Below are positions 27,407 to 35,987 of a DNA stretch of 38,172 bases, in pieces. Positions within the stretch are counted from its first letter, which is position 1; each line of letters starts with the position of its first letter. The stretch comes from a virus. Lineage: Duplodnaviria; Caudoviricetes. The notes below the pieces were generated by a model. The model made no database searches. It was not told the DNA's origin and saw nothing but the letters and a program-made list of their open reading frames with translations. The stretch is taken from the IMG/VR virus record IMGVR_UViG_3300020045_003149, positions 1 through 38,172 of that record; one strand, written 5' to 3'. Made by a program: the position numbers and the translations under genes.

Positions 27407-27632
27407 TCTGCAAGGTATAGTCCATTTCAAATTTTATGTTTATTATTTTAAGATCTATGTCATTTAGTTTTTGCATAAATCCAGCAGCGTACGCAAAGTC
27501 TGCTGTTCCGTCTTTTACCTTCTTCATAAAGATATCCCACTGGATATCAGCTTCCCTTCTCAGTCCCTCTAATCGATGAAGCTCTTTTTTCTTAGTCTCT
27601 ATTGTGAACTTGAACTTGTGGGATGTGGTCAT
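27396..27632 (-). CDS. Hypothetical protein
   Basis: 78 aa, starts right after the upstream stop. Confidence 0.5.
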   Translation of the reverse strand: MTTSHKFKFTIETKKKELHRLEGLRREADIQWDIFMKKVKDGTADFAYAAGFMQKLNDIDLKIINIKFEMDYTLQMSQ

Positions 27633-27869
27633 TTATTCTTCTTCGAAATAATCGATGTAGCACCATTGGTCTTTTTTAAGAGATTTTCTTTCTATTCTTA
27701 TGTAAGGCTCTGGTCCTTTAAAATTGATATGCATGTGCCATTCTTTATCTGGAGCAAAATATGAAGCCACAAAGTAATTATTCCAACTGTCTCCATGTAA
27801 ATTTGTTTTAACAAGAACAATTACATGTAGCGGTGGTTTTTCTTCCTCAAGGTTTACCCATTCCATCAC
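27633..27869 (-). CDS. DUF551-like protein
   Basis: MEWVNLEEEKPP....VLV...W pattern. Confidence 0.55.
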   Translation of the reverse strand: MMEWVNLEEEKPPLHVIVLVKTNLHGDSWNNYFVASYFAPDKEWHMHINFKGPEPYIRIERKSLKKDQWCYIDYFEEE

Positions 27870-28120
27870 TCAATCTCTATAGTAGGAAGTGGAACGATTG
27901 CCCACAAAAAATCTTCCTCAACACGTCTCCAATCTCGACACTTGTAATCAGGTTCGAAGTACTCATAATAGTCTGGGTTAAACTTTTTATCACTATCGTA
28001 AGGTCTTCTAAATTCAGATACAAACCATCTATGAATAACGCCGTCGTTCCAAAATTTTAAAATCAGCAACTCTTGTCTTAGTGGTGGTTTTGTGTCTTTA
28101 AATTTGTGCCATTCAAACAT
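27866..28120 (-). CDS. DUF551-like protein
   Basis: MFEWHKFKDTKPP...LLI...WAIVPLP; AGGAG RBS. Confidence 0.55.
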   Translation of the reverse strand: MFEWHKFKDTKPPLRQELLILKFWNDGVIHRWFVSEFRRPYDSDKKFNPDYYEYFEPDYKCRDWRRVEEDFLWAIVPLPTIEIE

Positions 28121-28155
28121 TTTACATCTCCTTAATGCTAATCCATTGATTCATG

Positions 28156-28199
28156 TCAGTTGTCCTGTTTTTCCAGACAACTGAACTGTCTGGAAAAAC
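28156..28199. repeat. Overlapping inverted repeats
   Basis: GTTTTTCCAGACA-N7-TGTCTGGAAAAAC (28167-28199) and TCAGTTGTC-N11-GACAACTGA (28156-28184). Confidence 0.8.
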
Positions 28200-28245
28200 C
28201 AGTGAGTTGAGGGGTATGTCATTTAACCTGTAAACCCAATATGCG

Positions 28246-28518
28246 TTACTGGGTTTCGGTGTTAAATTCACCGTCTTGTTTTTTGTCTAGGCTTAAGAAG
28301 TGGGCTTTAGTGGATATGCCCATGAGGATGTCCTCGAATGCCTGTTTGCATGTTTCTTCATCTCCAAAATCACAATTCAAAGCTCTGTCTTCGCTTAAGA
28401 AAGTGATTTGTTGTCCTGTCATCGTAAAACTTAAGAAGTTTGTGATGTTGATAATGTTTTCTTTAAATTTGACAAACATGATGTTCCCCTTATCTTTTGG
28501 ATGTTGAGTCATTGCCAC
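28246..28518 (-). CDS. Hypothetical protein
   Basis: MFVKFKENIINITN-type small beta-rich phage protein; start uncertain. Confidence 0.5.
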   Translation of the reverse strand: MAMTQHPKDKGNIMFVKFKENIINITNFLSFTMTGQQITFLSEDRALNCDFGDEETCKQAFEDILMGISTKAHFLSLDKKQDGEFNTETQ

Positions 28519-28714
28519 ATGGGCAGCTAGGTGAGTGGTCTAGAACTTGGACGACATACTCGTGTTCTTGAAGTTTCATGATAGAGTAAAGGTTAGAGCT
28601 ACATTCGATCAGGATGTTGCCATCACTGAGCTCCATGCAACTAATGGGTGGTTCACCTGCGAAGATAGGGCTGGATGAAAATAGGAAGGCAAAGATGAAG
28701 AGAATGTAAATCAT
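28490..28714 (-). CDS. Small secreted protein
   Basis: Signal-peptide-like N-terminus and a C-terminal HSPSCPC motif. Confidence 0.55.
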   Translation of the reverse strand: MIYILFIFAFLFSSSPIFAGEPPISCMELSDGNILIECSSNLYSIMKLQEHEYVVQVLDHSPSCPCGNDSTSKR

Positions 28715-28938
28715 TGTTTTTGTCCTGTGAGTTGTTGGTCTATCAGTTCGTAAGTCTCTGAAACACGAGATAAGATAAGTGGTTTTTTTATTTTACACAC
28801 CATGCAAACTTCTACCATTGTAGTGCATAAAACAGCTACTACTTCCTGTGTGGTGACATCTTTATAGGATGCCATTAGATCTATAATGTTAGATCGAATC
28901 TGCATGCACCTATCTGTCTGTTTTTCTTGGTCAGTCAC
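28711..28938 (-). CDS. Small helical hypothetical protein
   Basis: 75 aa with 4-nt overlaps on both sides. Confidence 0.55.
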   Translation of the reverse strand: MTDQEKQTDRCMQIRSNIIDLMASYKDVTTQEVVAVLCTTMVEVCMVCKIKKPLILSRVSETYELIDQQLTGQKQ

Positions 28939-29180
28939 TTCTCATCATCCTGTTCATTCTTCAAAGATTCACAAAGCTCATAGGAGGATTTGACTATCTT
29001 AATGGCATCTTCTTCGGTAATTCCTGATAAGACGCAAGTTCGACAGAACAAGCTCGATATAGCTAAAAAAGAAACACCGTAACTGCATTTATGGCAATCG
29101 ATCACATTCTCTAAAATCTTCATCAGATAAGAAGAGTCTTTGGCTAGTGTAGCGAGATTGGTTAGTTCGTCTTCATTCAT
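28935..29180 (-). CDS. Small helical hypothetical protein
   Basis: 81 aa overlapping the methyltransferase stop. Confidence 0.55.
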   Translation of the reverse strand: MNEDELTNLATLAKDSSYLMKILENVIDCHKCSYGVSFLAISSLFCRTCVLSGITEEDAIKIVKSSYELCESLKNEQDDEK

Positions 29181-30420
29181 GGCTAGTCAGCTCTGTCAAA
29201 ACTTCCCCATTGCGTGCGAATTCATAAGGCAGACTGTTCTTGATCCTATACTTGATCCATCTCTCAACGATGATGTCACAGTAAGCTGGATCTATCTCAA
29301 TGGCGTAGCACTTGCGGTTAAGCTTCTCGCAGGCTATGAGTGTGGTGCCACTCCCAACAAAAGGGTCGTAGACTCCTTCGCCTTCAGCACTATTGTTGCG
29401 GATTGGGCGAGCCATGCACTCTAGGGGTTTCTGGGTGCTGTGGTTCGTTCGTTCGTCTTCTTGTTTTGAGTTGCCAAATGCATTTTGATTAGATATTTCC
29501 CATAAAGTGCTTTCTTTTCGAGATCCTTGCCAGTTGTGTTTGTGTCCTTTTTTAACAGCATACCAACATGGCTCGTGTTGCCAGTGATAGTCACCCCTAG
29601 ACAGTGCAAAGTGCTGTTTAGCCCATATAATCTGATTTTTTATTTCAAAATCATTTTCATGTAAAGATTTGGCAACTTCAGTTGAAAACAAAGATGCACA
29701 CCACACATAAGCCGATGAACCAGGGAAAAGATGCCATACAACACCCCAATTTACTCTGTCATCGTTTTGAACTTTACCTTTTGCTCTACATCCTTTACCT
29801 GCTACATCTCTCCAGCTAGCATCATAATTCACCCCATAAGGGGGATCTGTCACCATAAGAATGGGTTCTGCACCATCTAGTACCTTAGCTACATCATCGG
29901 GTAGAGTGCTGTCACCACACAACAATCTGTGATTGCCTAAAACGTAAAGATCGCCCGTTCTTGTCTTTGGCTCTTTAGGTGGTTCAGGTGTTTCTGCATC
30001 TTCCTCACTATCATCACCTTCAATCTTCTCTGCGTCTTTTGTTATGCCCATTAGTGTTTCTTCAGAGAAACCATATTCTAATAAGTCCTGCATGTCCCAT
30101 GAGTTAGCAAGTATGTCATAGTCCCACTGACCCTGATTAAGATTTAGGCTTATGCAAAGTTCATCTATCTCTTTGTCTTCAAGAAGTCTGTCTGGCACCC
30201 AGCATTCAATCTTCTTAGCTTTCTGAGTTTTAAGGATGCGAATGCGTTGATGGCCACCAATAATAGTGTCGTCGCTGTTAACTATAGGTTTGTCGATTAA
30301 CCCAAACTTGTCGATTGTCTTTGAGAGTCTATCTAGCTGTTGTTTGTTGATCTGACGTGGGTTTTTGGGGTGTTGCTTAAGTCGCTTGATTTCAAGTGTT
30401 TCAAGTCTCCAGTGTATCAT
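29173..30420 (-). CDS. ParB/Srx-like domain fused to an N6-adenine/N4-cytosine DNA methyltransferase
   Basis: N-terminal HPKNPR and IIGGHQR motifs; catalytic DPPY, HSTQKP, and SAM-binding DPFVGSGTT. Confidence 0.92.
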   Translation of the reverse strand: MIHWRLETLEIKRLKQHPKNPRQINKQQLDRLSKTIDKFGLIDKPIVNSDDTIIGGHQRIRILKTQKAKKIECWVPDRLLEDKEIDELCISLNLNQGQWDYDILANSWDMQDLLEYGFSEETLMGITKDAEKIEGDDSEEDAETPEPPKEPKTRTGDLYVLGNHRLLCGDSTLPDDVAKVLDGAEPILMVTDPPYGVNYDASWRDVAGKGCRAKGKVQNDDRVNWGVVWHLFPGSSAYVWCASLFSTEVAKSLHENDFEIKNQIIWAKQHFALSRGDYHWQHEPCWYAVKKGHKHNWQGSRKESTLWEISNQNAFGNSKQEDERTNHSTQKPLECMARPIRNNSAEGEGVYDPFVGSGTTLIACEKLNRKCYAIEIDPAYCDIIVERWIKYRIKNSLPYEFARNGEVLTELTSHE

Positions 30421-30515
30421 GGGTAACCTGTGCTGTGTGGTCTATGTTGATTGACCGATAATGTTTGAAAACGTATATTTAGGTCAAACATTTGTTTTTA
30501 AATGTGGAGAAGGTG

Positions 30516-30686
30516 ATGAAGGACGGCAAAGAAGTGGACGAAAAGGGTCGTAAAATGAAAACTTTGTATATCAAGTTTCCTTTTAATGACTGGCTTGACA
30601 TAGCTAAGAAAGCTCTGAATGAGCAGAAGACTAGGGGAGACGTGATCTTACAGATCATAAGGGACCACTTCAAAGCTGAAGTGTAA
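30516..30686 (+). CDS. Ribbon-helix-helix-like small regulator
   Basis: KTLYIKFP beta strand followed by two helices; divergent from the methyltransferase gene. Confidence 0.5.
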   Translation: MKDGKEVDEKGRKMKTLYIKFPFNDWLDIAKKALNEQKTRGDVILQIIRDHFKAEV

Positions 30687-30688
30687 AA

Positions 30689-30714
30689 GAGCCCCGTCCG
30701 TGAATACGGGGCTC
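30689..30714. terminator. Hairpin terminator between convergent genes
   Basis: GAGCCCCGT-N8-ACGGGGCTC with a T-run on the minus strand. Confidence 0.75.
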
Positions 30715-30725
30715 GGTATTATTTA

Positions 30726-31022
30726 TTACTGTTCACCATTATCCCCACTAACTGAGGGTACGGCGCGCCTGTTTTCTTGAATGTGCACCGTATGATTGGT
30801 AACGCACTTTTCACATCCGACCGCTCGAATGCGGATGATGGCGGGATTACCCTCCAGATAAGCTCCGATTGCAGAAAAAACCTTTCCGACTACAGCTATC
30901 ACTTTAGATACAAGAGGCTTAAGAACGACTGCTATAACGATAGCACCTACTGCCACACCCAAAGCTACGGGTGGACTTATGTCATAAGGGAGAGCTGGCA
31001 GAGAGTTTAGAAAATTCATCAT
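30726..31022 (-). CDS. Membrane protein (moron-like)
   Basis: AAGGAGG RBS, long hydrophobic segment, own terminator. Confidence 0.65.
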   Translation of the reverse strand: MMNFLNSLPALPYDISPPVALGVAVGAIVIAVVLKPLVSKVIAVVGKVFSAIGAYLEGNPAIIRIRAVGCEKCVTNHTVHIQENRRAVPSVSGDNGEQ

Positions 31023-31148
31023 ACGGACCTCCTTCGGGTATAACCTTAAACTTCATCTTACACAGAATGATCTATTTTTCAAAATTTATCTGTAGTTGAT
31101 TTGCGTTGTTTACCAATTTATCATAGATGTAATGTTTGTGAGGTAAAT

Positions 31149-31433
31149 ATGAATGCACAGCAATTAGAGTTTGACCTATTCACTGAAGAGTCGATTGATT
31201 GTCGATTAGACACAATCCATAGGCAAGTCAATGAGTTAAGTGATAGCTGTGGAAAGGTAAGGCGTAAGTTGTTTGGTGAATTAGGTTCACTAAAGAAGAT
31301 CTGTAAGTTACTACTTGAAGACAACTTGGCAATGAGAAAAGCCATCGCTGAGCTTGATGGAAAAGTTGGCGAATGGGCATATTGCGACAATGAAGAGTTG
31401 TTTACCTATGTAACCAAGATGCTGGAAGCCTAA
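31149..31433 (+). CDS. Hypothetical coiled-coil protein
   Basis: GAGG RBS before the ATG at 31149 (MNAQQLEFDLF...). Confidence 0.65.
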   Translation: MNAQQLEFDLFTEESIDCRLDTIHRQVNELSDSCGKVRRKLFGELGSLKKICKLLLEDNLAMRKAIAELDGKVGEWAYCDNEELFTYVTKMLEA

Positions 31434-31855
31434 GGCTGTAGCGGTATACCGTCCATGTAGAGAATTACTTCGACTGCTTGATGTAGTGAATCGCTGCGTT
31501 GATCGTAAGACCAAGACAGATCAGGATGAGAATCTTGCCTCCCCTTTAGTGGTATTATTTTACCCTTCTTGTTTACATAGGTGCTTTTTTCAGGAAGGAT
31601 GAGCAGGTCTGATAACTCATCACGCACGTATTTCAATGCCGAACGTAGGTTGTCGTCGTCCATTTTTCTTTGAGAGACACGAACGAGCTTGATATGACAA
31701 GGCAACTTGATCAATGGAACATAGACCCCAAAACAGAATCGAGTGATCTCCTGTTGCTTTTTGTGCCGCTTGCTCTTGACTGTCCAATGTTCGCTGCTGT
31801 TGGCCTCACTTGTGGTGAGCATGTTCATCATGAACTGATAGGTCGGTTTTGTCAT
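31430..31855 (-). CDS. RusA-like Holliday junction resolvase
   Basis: RKMDDDNL..ALKYVRD acidic motif, S.N N-terminal motif, 141 aa. Confidence 0.7.
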   Translation of the reverse strand: MTKPTYQFMMNMLTTSEANSSEHWTVKSKRHKKQQEITRFCFGVYVPLIKLPCHIKLVRVSQRKMDDDNLRSALKYVRDELSDLLILPEKSTYVNKKGKIIPLKGRQDSHPDLSWSYDQRSDSLHQAVEVILYMDGIPLQP

Positions 31856-31997
31856 GGTCTCCGCTAAGAGGGGTCGATTTTGTTTCTTCTTGTTTCTCGG
31901 GTGGTAGTGGTCCGGTCATGTTCCTAGGTGGTACCGGATACACGGGGATGCTAGCCATAGGAAAGCTGAAGAAAGCTATTAAAAATATTAGTATCAT
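31806..31997 (-). CDS. Small secreted or membrane peptide
   Basis: AAGGA RBS, hydrophobic N-terminus, Pro-rich tail. Confidence 0.4.
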   Translation of the reverse strand: MILIFLIAFFSFPMASIPVYPVPPRNMTGPLPPEKQEETKSTPLSGDHDKTDLSVHDEHAHHK

Positions 31998-32041
31998 GTT
32001 AGTCCTTTTGTAAGAAAAAGTGGTGTGTTTTTCTTACAACA

Positions 32042-32281
32042 TTAATCCATTTGAAAGATGTCTGTGTCGTTTTTGCATGCTTTTTCTATCCTATACCGCT
32101 TAAAGCTCTCGATGCAAGAGGTTACAAAGTCTTGATGCATGTGATCGTCCATGCTCGTTTGACCGCACATGGTGCATTTAAACATGACCGCCGTAAATTT
32201 AACGCCTACGCCATCTATTTCAGCCTGTACTGGAAGCTCGTGAATAGCCCATTGGCTTGAACCGCACGATAAACATCTCAT
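32042..32281 (-). CDS. YgiT/MqsA-type zinc-finger protein (stand-alone)
   Basis: MRCLSCG...IDG......MFKCTMCGQ pattern; no C-terminal HTH. Confidence 0.65.
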   Translation of the reverse strand: MRCLSCGSSQWAIHELPVQAEIDGVGVKFTAVMFKCTMCGQTSMDDHMHQDFVTSCIESFKRYRIEKACKNDTDIFQMD

Positions 32282-32377
32282 AATCGCCCTGTGTTGAGTT
32301 TATTATGTTAAAGGCTACCTACGTGCTAGTCTACTGTTTTTTCGCAAGCCAATGGGTGTTTGTGATCAAATTTAAGG

Positions 32378-32950
32378 CTACAAGCCTTGAGCTCTTAAGT
32401 CTGGCATGCCGAAAAGGCTGACGATCACGTTGTCGGCCGAGAAAAGCCTCGATGTGATGCGCTCACCGTAAGTTGCCCTGAAGTCTTGTTTGTTTAGATT
32501 GCTAGTGATCACAGTCTTGCGCTTGTCCTTGTAGCGAAAATCTATGGCCTCCATAAGTATCTCCTCCCTCCAAGCATTGTGACCTGATGAGCCCAAATCG
32601 TCTAGGATGATGAAGTCGTCATCAAGCAGATAGTGCAGGTGAGACATGTAGTCACCTTCTGAATTGCTTATGCCTTGGCGAAGTTTTTCTAGGAGCTTAC
32701 GCTCAGAATAAGCTCTAAAAGATCTTATGCCTAGTGGTATAACCTCTAGCATGGCAGCGCAGATGTAAGTCTTGCCTGTTCCTGGTGGTCCCACTATGAC
32801 GAGGCAGTTTTTTGGCTCGACAGAGAATTTTGCAATTGCTTCCGCAACTCCGCTATCGACATTTGTGACTTTTGAAAAGGTGGCGCCGACGAATCGCTCT
32901 CCGAAGAACCTGCGCTGGAGGTCCTCTGTGTTTGGGTTTCTTTCTGACAT
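32378..32950 (-). CDS. DnaC/IstB-like AAA+ helicase loader
   Basis: GPPGTGKT, IILDDLG, TVITSNL and RITSRL motifs; AGGAG RBS. Confidence 0.9.
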   Translation of the reverse strand: MSERNPNTEDLQRRFFGERFVGATFSKVTNVDSGVAEAIAKFSVEPKNCLVIVGPPGTGKTYICAAMLEVIPLGIRSFRAYSERKLLEKLRQGISNSEGDYMSHLHYLLDDDFIILDDLGSSGHNAWREEILMEAIDFRYKDKRKTVITSNLNKQDFRATYGERITSRLFSADNVIVSLFGMPDLRAQGL

Positions 32951-33771
32951 CTTCTGTCTCCTTGGTGCTGTTGTTTTATGGTTTTAGACTTCTTGAGTCT
33001 GACATAGTTGGTAGCTGTTCCTGAAAAAAAGCGCCACCAGTCGCCGATTGGGCCAGTATAGTCGCAGAGCACTTTCCACGCGTAGCGAATTGCATCGGCG
33101 TGGAAGTCGCATTTGTTGCGAATAATGAGCTCGTAGAGCTGAGTCTGTGTGATCTCCTGCCGCTGGCCTCGATGGTTAGCGATCGAGATCACCTTAGGTA
33201 ACTCACAACCCTCATTTTTCAGGCTTTCCTTTTCTTCATCTTCTTCATTTTCTTCTTCTTGCAAAGGAGCGGCAACTGCCGCGACAACAGACAGTTGTTG
33301 TTTATCCGTCTTGTTTTTTTCCGTATTGGTTTCTTCCGTATTAGTAGTGCCCCCATTATCGGCGTCCCGTTTAACGGCGTCCCGTTTAACGGCGTCCCGA
33401 AAACCGGCGTGCGGTGAACATTTTTTGAATTCAGGTATAGATTCAATTTCTTTCTTTATCTCAGCTATCTCTTCTTTAGAGTCTGAAACAGCCAATTCCC
33501 ACCCTAAGAATGTTCCTCCATCAGCCCTAGGTTGATATCGATAAGCATACCCATTTTCGACGCATTCTTGGATTACGCTGTAGATTGCTTTTTCACCTTC
33601 TTTAAGAACACCGCACATCTGAATGACACTAAACCTCCAATCTGATGGTTTAGTGAGGCAGAAGCCTATGAAACCCTTAGATTTAAGGCTGAGATTTTCA
33701 TCATCAAACATTGAGTTGAGAAGCTGAACGAACTGAAATCGTCTATCTTTAACGCCTCGGATGGTTGTCAT
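32794..33771 (-). CDS. Replication initiator (replisome organiser)
   Basis: N-terminal winged HTH (LSLKSKG...LTKPSDW), internal iterons, directly upstream of the DnaC-like gene. Confidence 0.8.
   Translation of the reverse strand: MTTIRGVKDRRFQFVQLLNSMFDDENLSLKSKGFIGFCLTKPSDWRFSVIQMCGVLKEGEKAIYSVIQECVENGYAYRYQPRADGGTFLGWELAVSDSKEEIAEIKKEIESIPEFKKCSPHAGFRDAVKRDAVKRDADNGGTTNTEETNTEKNKTDKQQLSVVAAVAAPLQEEENEEDEEKESLKNEGCELPKVISIANHRGQRQEITQTQLYELIIRNKCDFHADAIRYAWKVLCDYTGPIGDWWRFFSGTATNYVRLKKSKTIKQQHQGDRRCQKETQTQRTSSAGSSESDSSAPPFQKSQMSIAELRKQLQNSLSSQKTASS
33361..33414. repeat. 15-bp iterons (putative replication origin)
   Basis: GGCGTCCCGTTTAAC twice, then GGCGTCCCGAAAACC and a partial GGCGTGCGG. 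Confidence 0.8.
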
Positions 33772-34027
33772 GTGACTTACCTCCTACACATGTTTCATAT
33801 TTTCCTTTACAAGGAAGCTCTGAAATGTATCCAAAAGATTCAAGTTCGTTTAGAGCTGATTTAATTAGATCTTCTGAGTCGCTTGACATTTCGATAAGAT
33901 CTTGTATGTAGAATAGGTGTCCTTTTGGAAAACCACATACATAAAGACCTATGCCTTTAGCTGTGAATGACAGACTTGAGTTGTCTAAAATGTCTGTGTT
34001 TACTGATCGAATGAAATAAGACTGCAT
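33749..34027 (-). CDS. Stand-alone winged-HTH protein paralogous to the initiator N-terminus
   Basis: LSFTAKG...SALNELESFGY aligns with LSLKSKG...SVIQECVENGY. Confidence 0.75.
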   Translation of the reverse strand: MQSYFIRSVNTDILDNSSLSFTAKGIGLYVCGFPKGHLFYIQDLIEMSSDSEDLIKSALNELESFGYISELPCKGKYETCVGGKSHDNHPRR

Positions 34028-34065
34028 GTCTATCTCCTAAAAGTGTTTATCGACAACCTTAGGGA

Positions 34066-34094
34066 TAGACCAAAAAACCAAGAACTGGTATGAT
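34066..34094 (+). promoter_or_regulatory. Antisense promoter
   Basis: TAGACC-N17-TATGAT with an extended TGn motif. Confidence 0.6.
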
Positions 34095-34099
34095 GGAGA

Positions 34100-34206
34100 C
34101 ATCCCTGGAAAGTGTATTTATGTTCTTGAGTAGGTCGTCGAAAATCCGTGCTCAAAGAACTTATGGGTAACAGCCTGTAAGGTTAATCCTTACGGGCTTT
34201 TTTTTT
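34100..34206 (+). ncRNA. Putative ~105-nt antisense RNA upstream of the rep genes
   Basis: Bounded by a promoter and a strong terminator; internal GTTCTTGAGTA/TGCTCAAAGAAC stem. Confidence 0.55.
34172..34206 (+). terminator. Intrinsic terminator
   Basis: AGCCTGTAAGG-TTAAT-CCTTACGGGCT followed by a T-run. Confidence 0.85.
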
Positions 34207-34494
34207 CTACTCTTCATCTGAGTCATCGAGCTCCGTATCCCAGCCCACTAGCTCAATCGAGATCCCTTTCGGTGTCTCTTTGTAGCTCAGCAGACCTTCG
34301 TTGTTGAGCTTCCTCAAGCTACTTTTGAACATAGCCTTATGGAAATACGGAGTAAGTTGATCCCACTTCATCTTGACTTTGTCCTGTTCGTCCTTGGTAT
34401 CCCAAAGAAAAACATACACTTTTGCTGTATTGTCTAGGACGTGCATTAAGTAACCCTTTGGGGGCAACGATCTAAAGTCTTGGCGAACTATCAT
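34207..34494 (-). CDS. Winged-helix-like hypothetical protein
   Basis: 95 aa, FKSSLRKLNNEGLLSY helix followed by a wing; GAGG RBS. Confidence 0.55.
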   Translation of the reverse strand: MIVRQDFRSLPPKGYLMHVLDNTAKVYVFLWDTKDEQDKVKMKWDQLTPYFHKAMFKSSLRKLNNEGLLSYKETPKGISIELVGWDTELDDSDEE

Positions 34495-34586
34495 GGACTT
34501 GTCCTCACGGTAAAGTCATGATGTTCTTGGTAATGTTTTATTTCAACAACTTTAGACCGTTAGTGCAACTTTTTGCCTAAAAAACT

Positions 34587-34802
34587 CTATGATGGGTTTT
34601 TAGGTGTTCTTTTCTTGGTGCTCAAAGTTAAGTTAACGTCTACCTGCCCACCTGAAAGGTCAGCTATAACCTTCCTTAGCTTAGGACCTGGTATTGAGTG
34701 ACCGTGAATAACACGTGATAGGTAGCGAGAACTTACACCTACTAGGCTACCAAAGTCTTTGATTGTCATGTCTTGTGATGCTAAATATGTCTTAAGGTTC
34801 AT
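34587..34802 (-). CDS. Cro-like HTH regulator
   Basis: MNLKTYL...MTIKDFGSLVGVSSRYLSRVIHG..IPG; first gene of the leftward early operon. Confidence 0.8.
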   Translation of the reverse strand: MNLKTYLASQDMTIKDFGSLVGVSSRYLSRVIHGHSIPGPKLRKVIADLSGGQVDVNLTLSTKKRTPKNPS

Positions 34803-34991
34803 ACATCCCCCTTTTGCGTTTGAGGTTGTTAAGGTGGCTTAGATCATAAAGGCAAACTGATTTACTTGCAAAGGTTGAAAAGGTTACGTTTTGGTTTTTT
34901 TGTGTTGACCTTAATCTTGTTAAAGGTTACATTTGTGGCGTTGGAGGACGCAAACCAAGCCAACAAAGTAACCAAAAACAGGAGAGTACAT

Positions 34992-35987
34992 ATGCATGCA
35001 ATGAAAGATGCAGCGACAGGTCTTTTGAGTTCGCCAAGACATGATAGCCGCTGCGTGGTGAATAATAATCATGACCGCCCTTTTAATCAAACGAAAAACC
35101 AAAACATTGAAAATTCCAAAAGTAAAGGTGTAAGTGTGAATAAGCTTATAGAGATTTCACCTGATCATCAGGTATGCCATCCAAGTGGTTTTACTCATCA
35201 ACAAGTCGATATACTAAAGAACTCTATTTGCAAAGGCGCAAGTGATGATGAATTTCAGATGTTCTTAATGGCATGTAAAAAGACTCAGTTAGATCCTTTT
35301 TCAAAACAGATATATGCAGTCAAAAGATGGGATAGTCGTCTTAAAAGAGAGACAATGACTATTCAGACTGGGATTGATGGTTATCGTCTTATTGCCGAAA
35401 GAACAGAGCGTTATGCTCCAGGAGCTAAGCCTACGTTTACGACTGATGAACGAAGTAACATCGTAGCAGCTACCGCTTACGTTAAGAAAATGACTAAAGA
35501 CGGCACATGGCACATCATTGAGGCAGAAGCTTACATGGATGAGTACTGCCAGAAAGATAAAGAAGGAAAGAGCACTGGACTGTGGAGGACAATGCCACGT
35601 AACCAACTGGCTAAGTGCGCTGAAGCCTTGGCTTTACGTAAGTCATTTCCTGCTGAAATGTCAGGTGTCTATACCAAGGAAGAAATGTCACAGGCAGATG
35701 TTGAAGTTTATCCTTCTAAATCCCCAGCTCCTGTGATTGTTTCTAAGATCACTCAAGACCAAGCAGAGAATCTTAAGATGGTTCTTGATGAGTGCGATGA
35801 CAAGTATAAGCAGTGGGTTTTTGACTGTCTTAAAAAACAATATAATATCTCAGACATTAAAGATGTGCCTGTAGACATATACGATCGCATGAAGGCCGCT
35901 GCGATGAAGAACATGCAAGAGAACTTCAACCAACAGAAACAAGAACTAGCCCAACAAATCAACGATGAGCAATCCAGTGACTCCTAA
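34992..35987 (+). CDS. bet: Single-strand annealing protein (Bet/RecT family)
   Basis: LDPFSKQIY, QTGIDGYRLIAERT, W..MPRNQLAKCAEALALRKSFP; start is the ATG at 34992 or the GTG at 35136. Confidence 0.9.
   Translation: MHAMKDAATGLLSSPRHDSRCVVNNNHDRPFNQTKNQNIENSKSKGVSVNKLIEISPDHQVCHPSGFTHQQVDILKNSICKGASDDEFQMFLMACKKTQLDPFSKQIYAVKRWDSRLKRETMTIQTGIDGYRLIAERTERYAPGAKPTFTTDERSNIVAATAYVKKMTKDGTWHIIEAEAYMDEYCQKDKEGKSTGLWRTMPRNQLAKCAEALALRKSFPAEMSGVYTKEEMSQADVEVYPSKSPAPVIVSKITQDQAENLKMVLDECDDKYKQWVFDCLKKQYNISDIKDVPVDIYDRMKAAAMKNMQENFNQQKQELAQQINDEQSSDS

Noticed and set aside
30726-31022. Membrane protein as a holin
   Set aside because: It is a stand-alone unit in the early region with no neighbouring endolysin, so the evidence is insufficient.
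33361-33414. Repeats as a CRISPR array
   Set aside because: They are tandem 15-mers without spacers inside the initiator gene, and there are no cas genes.
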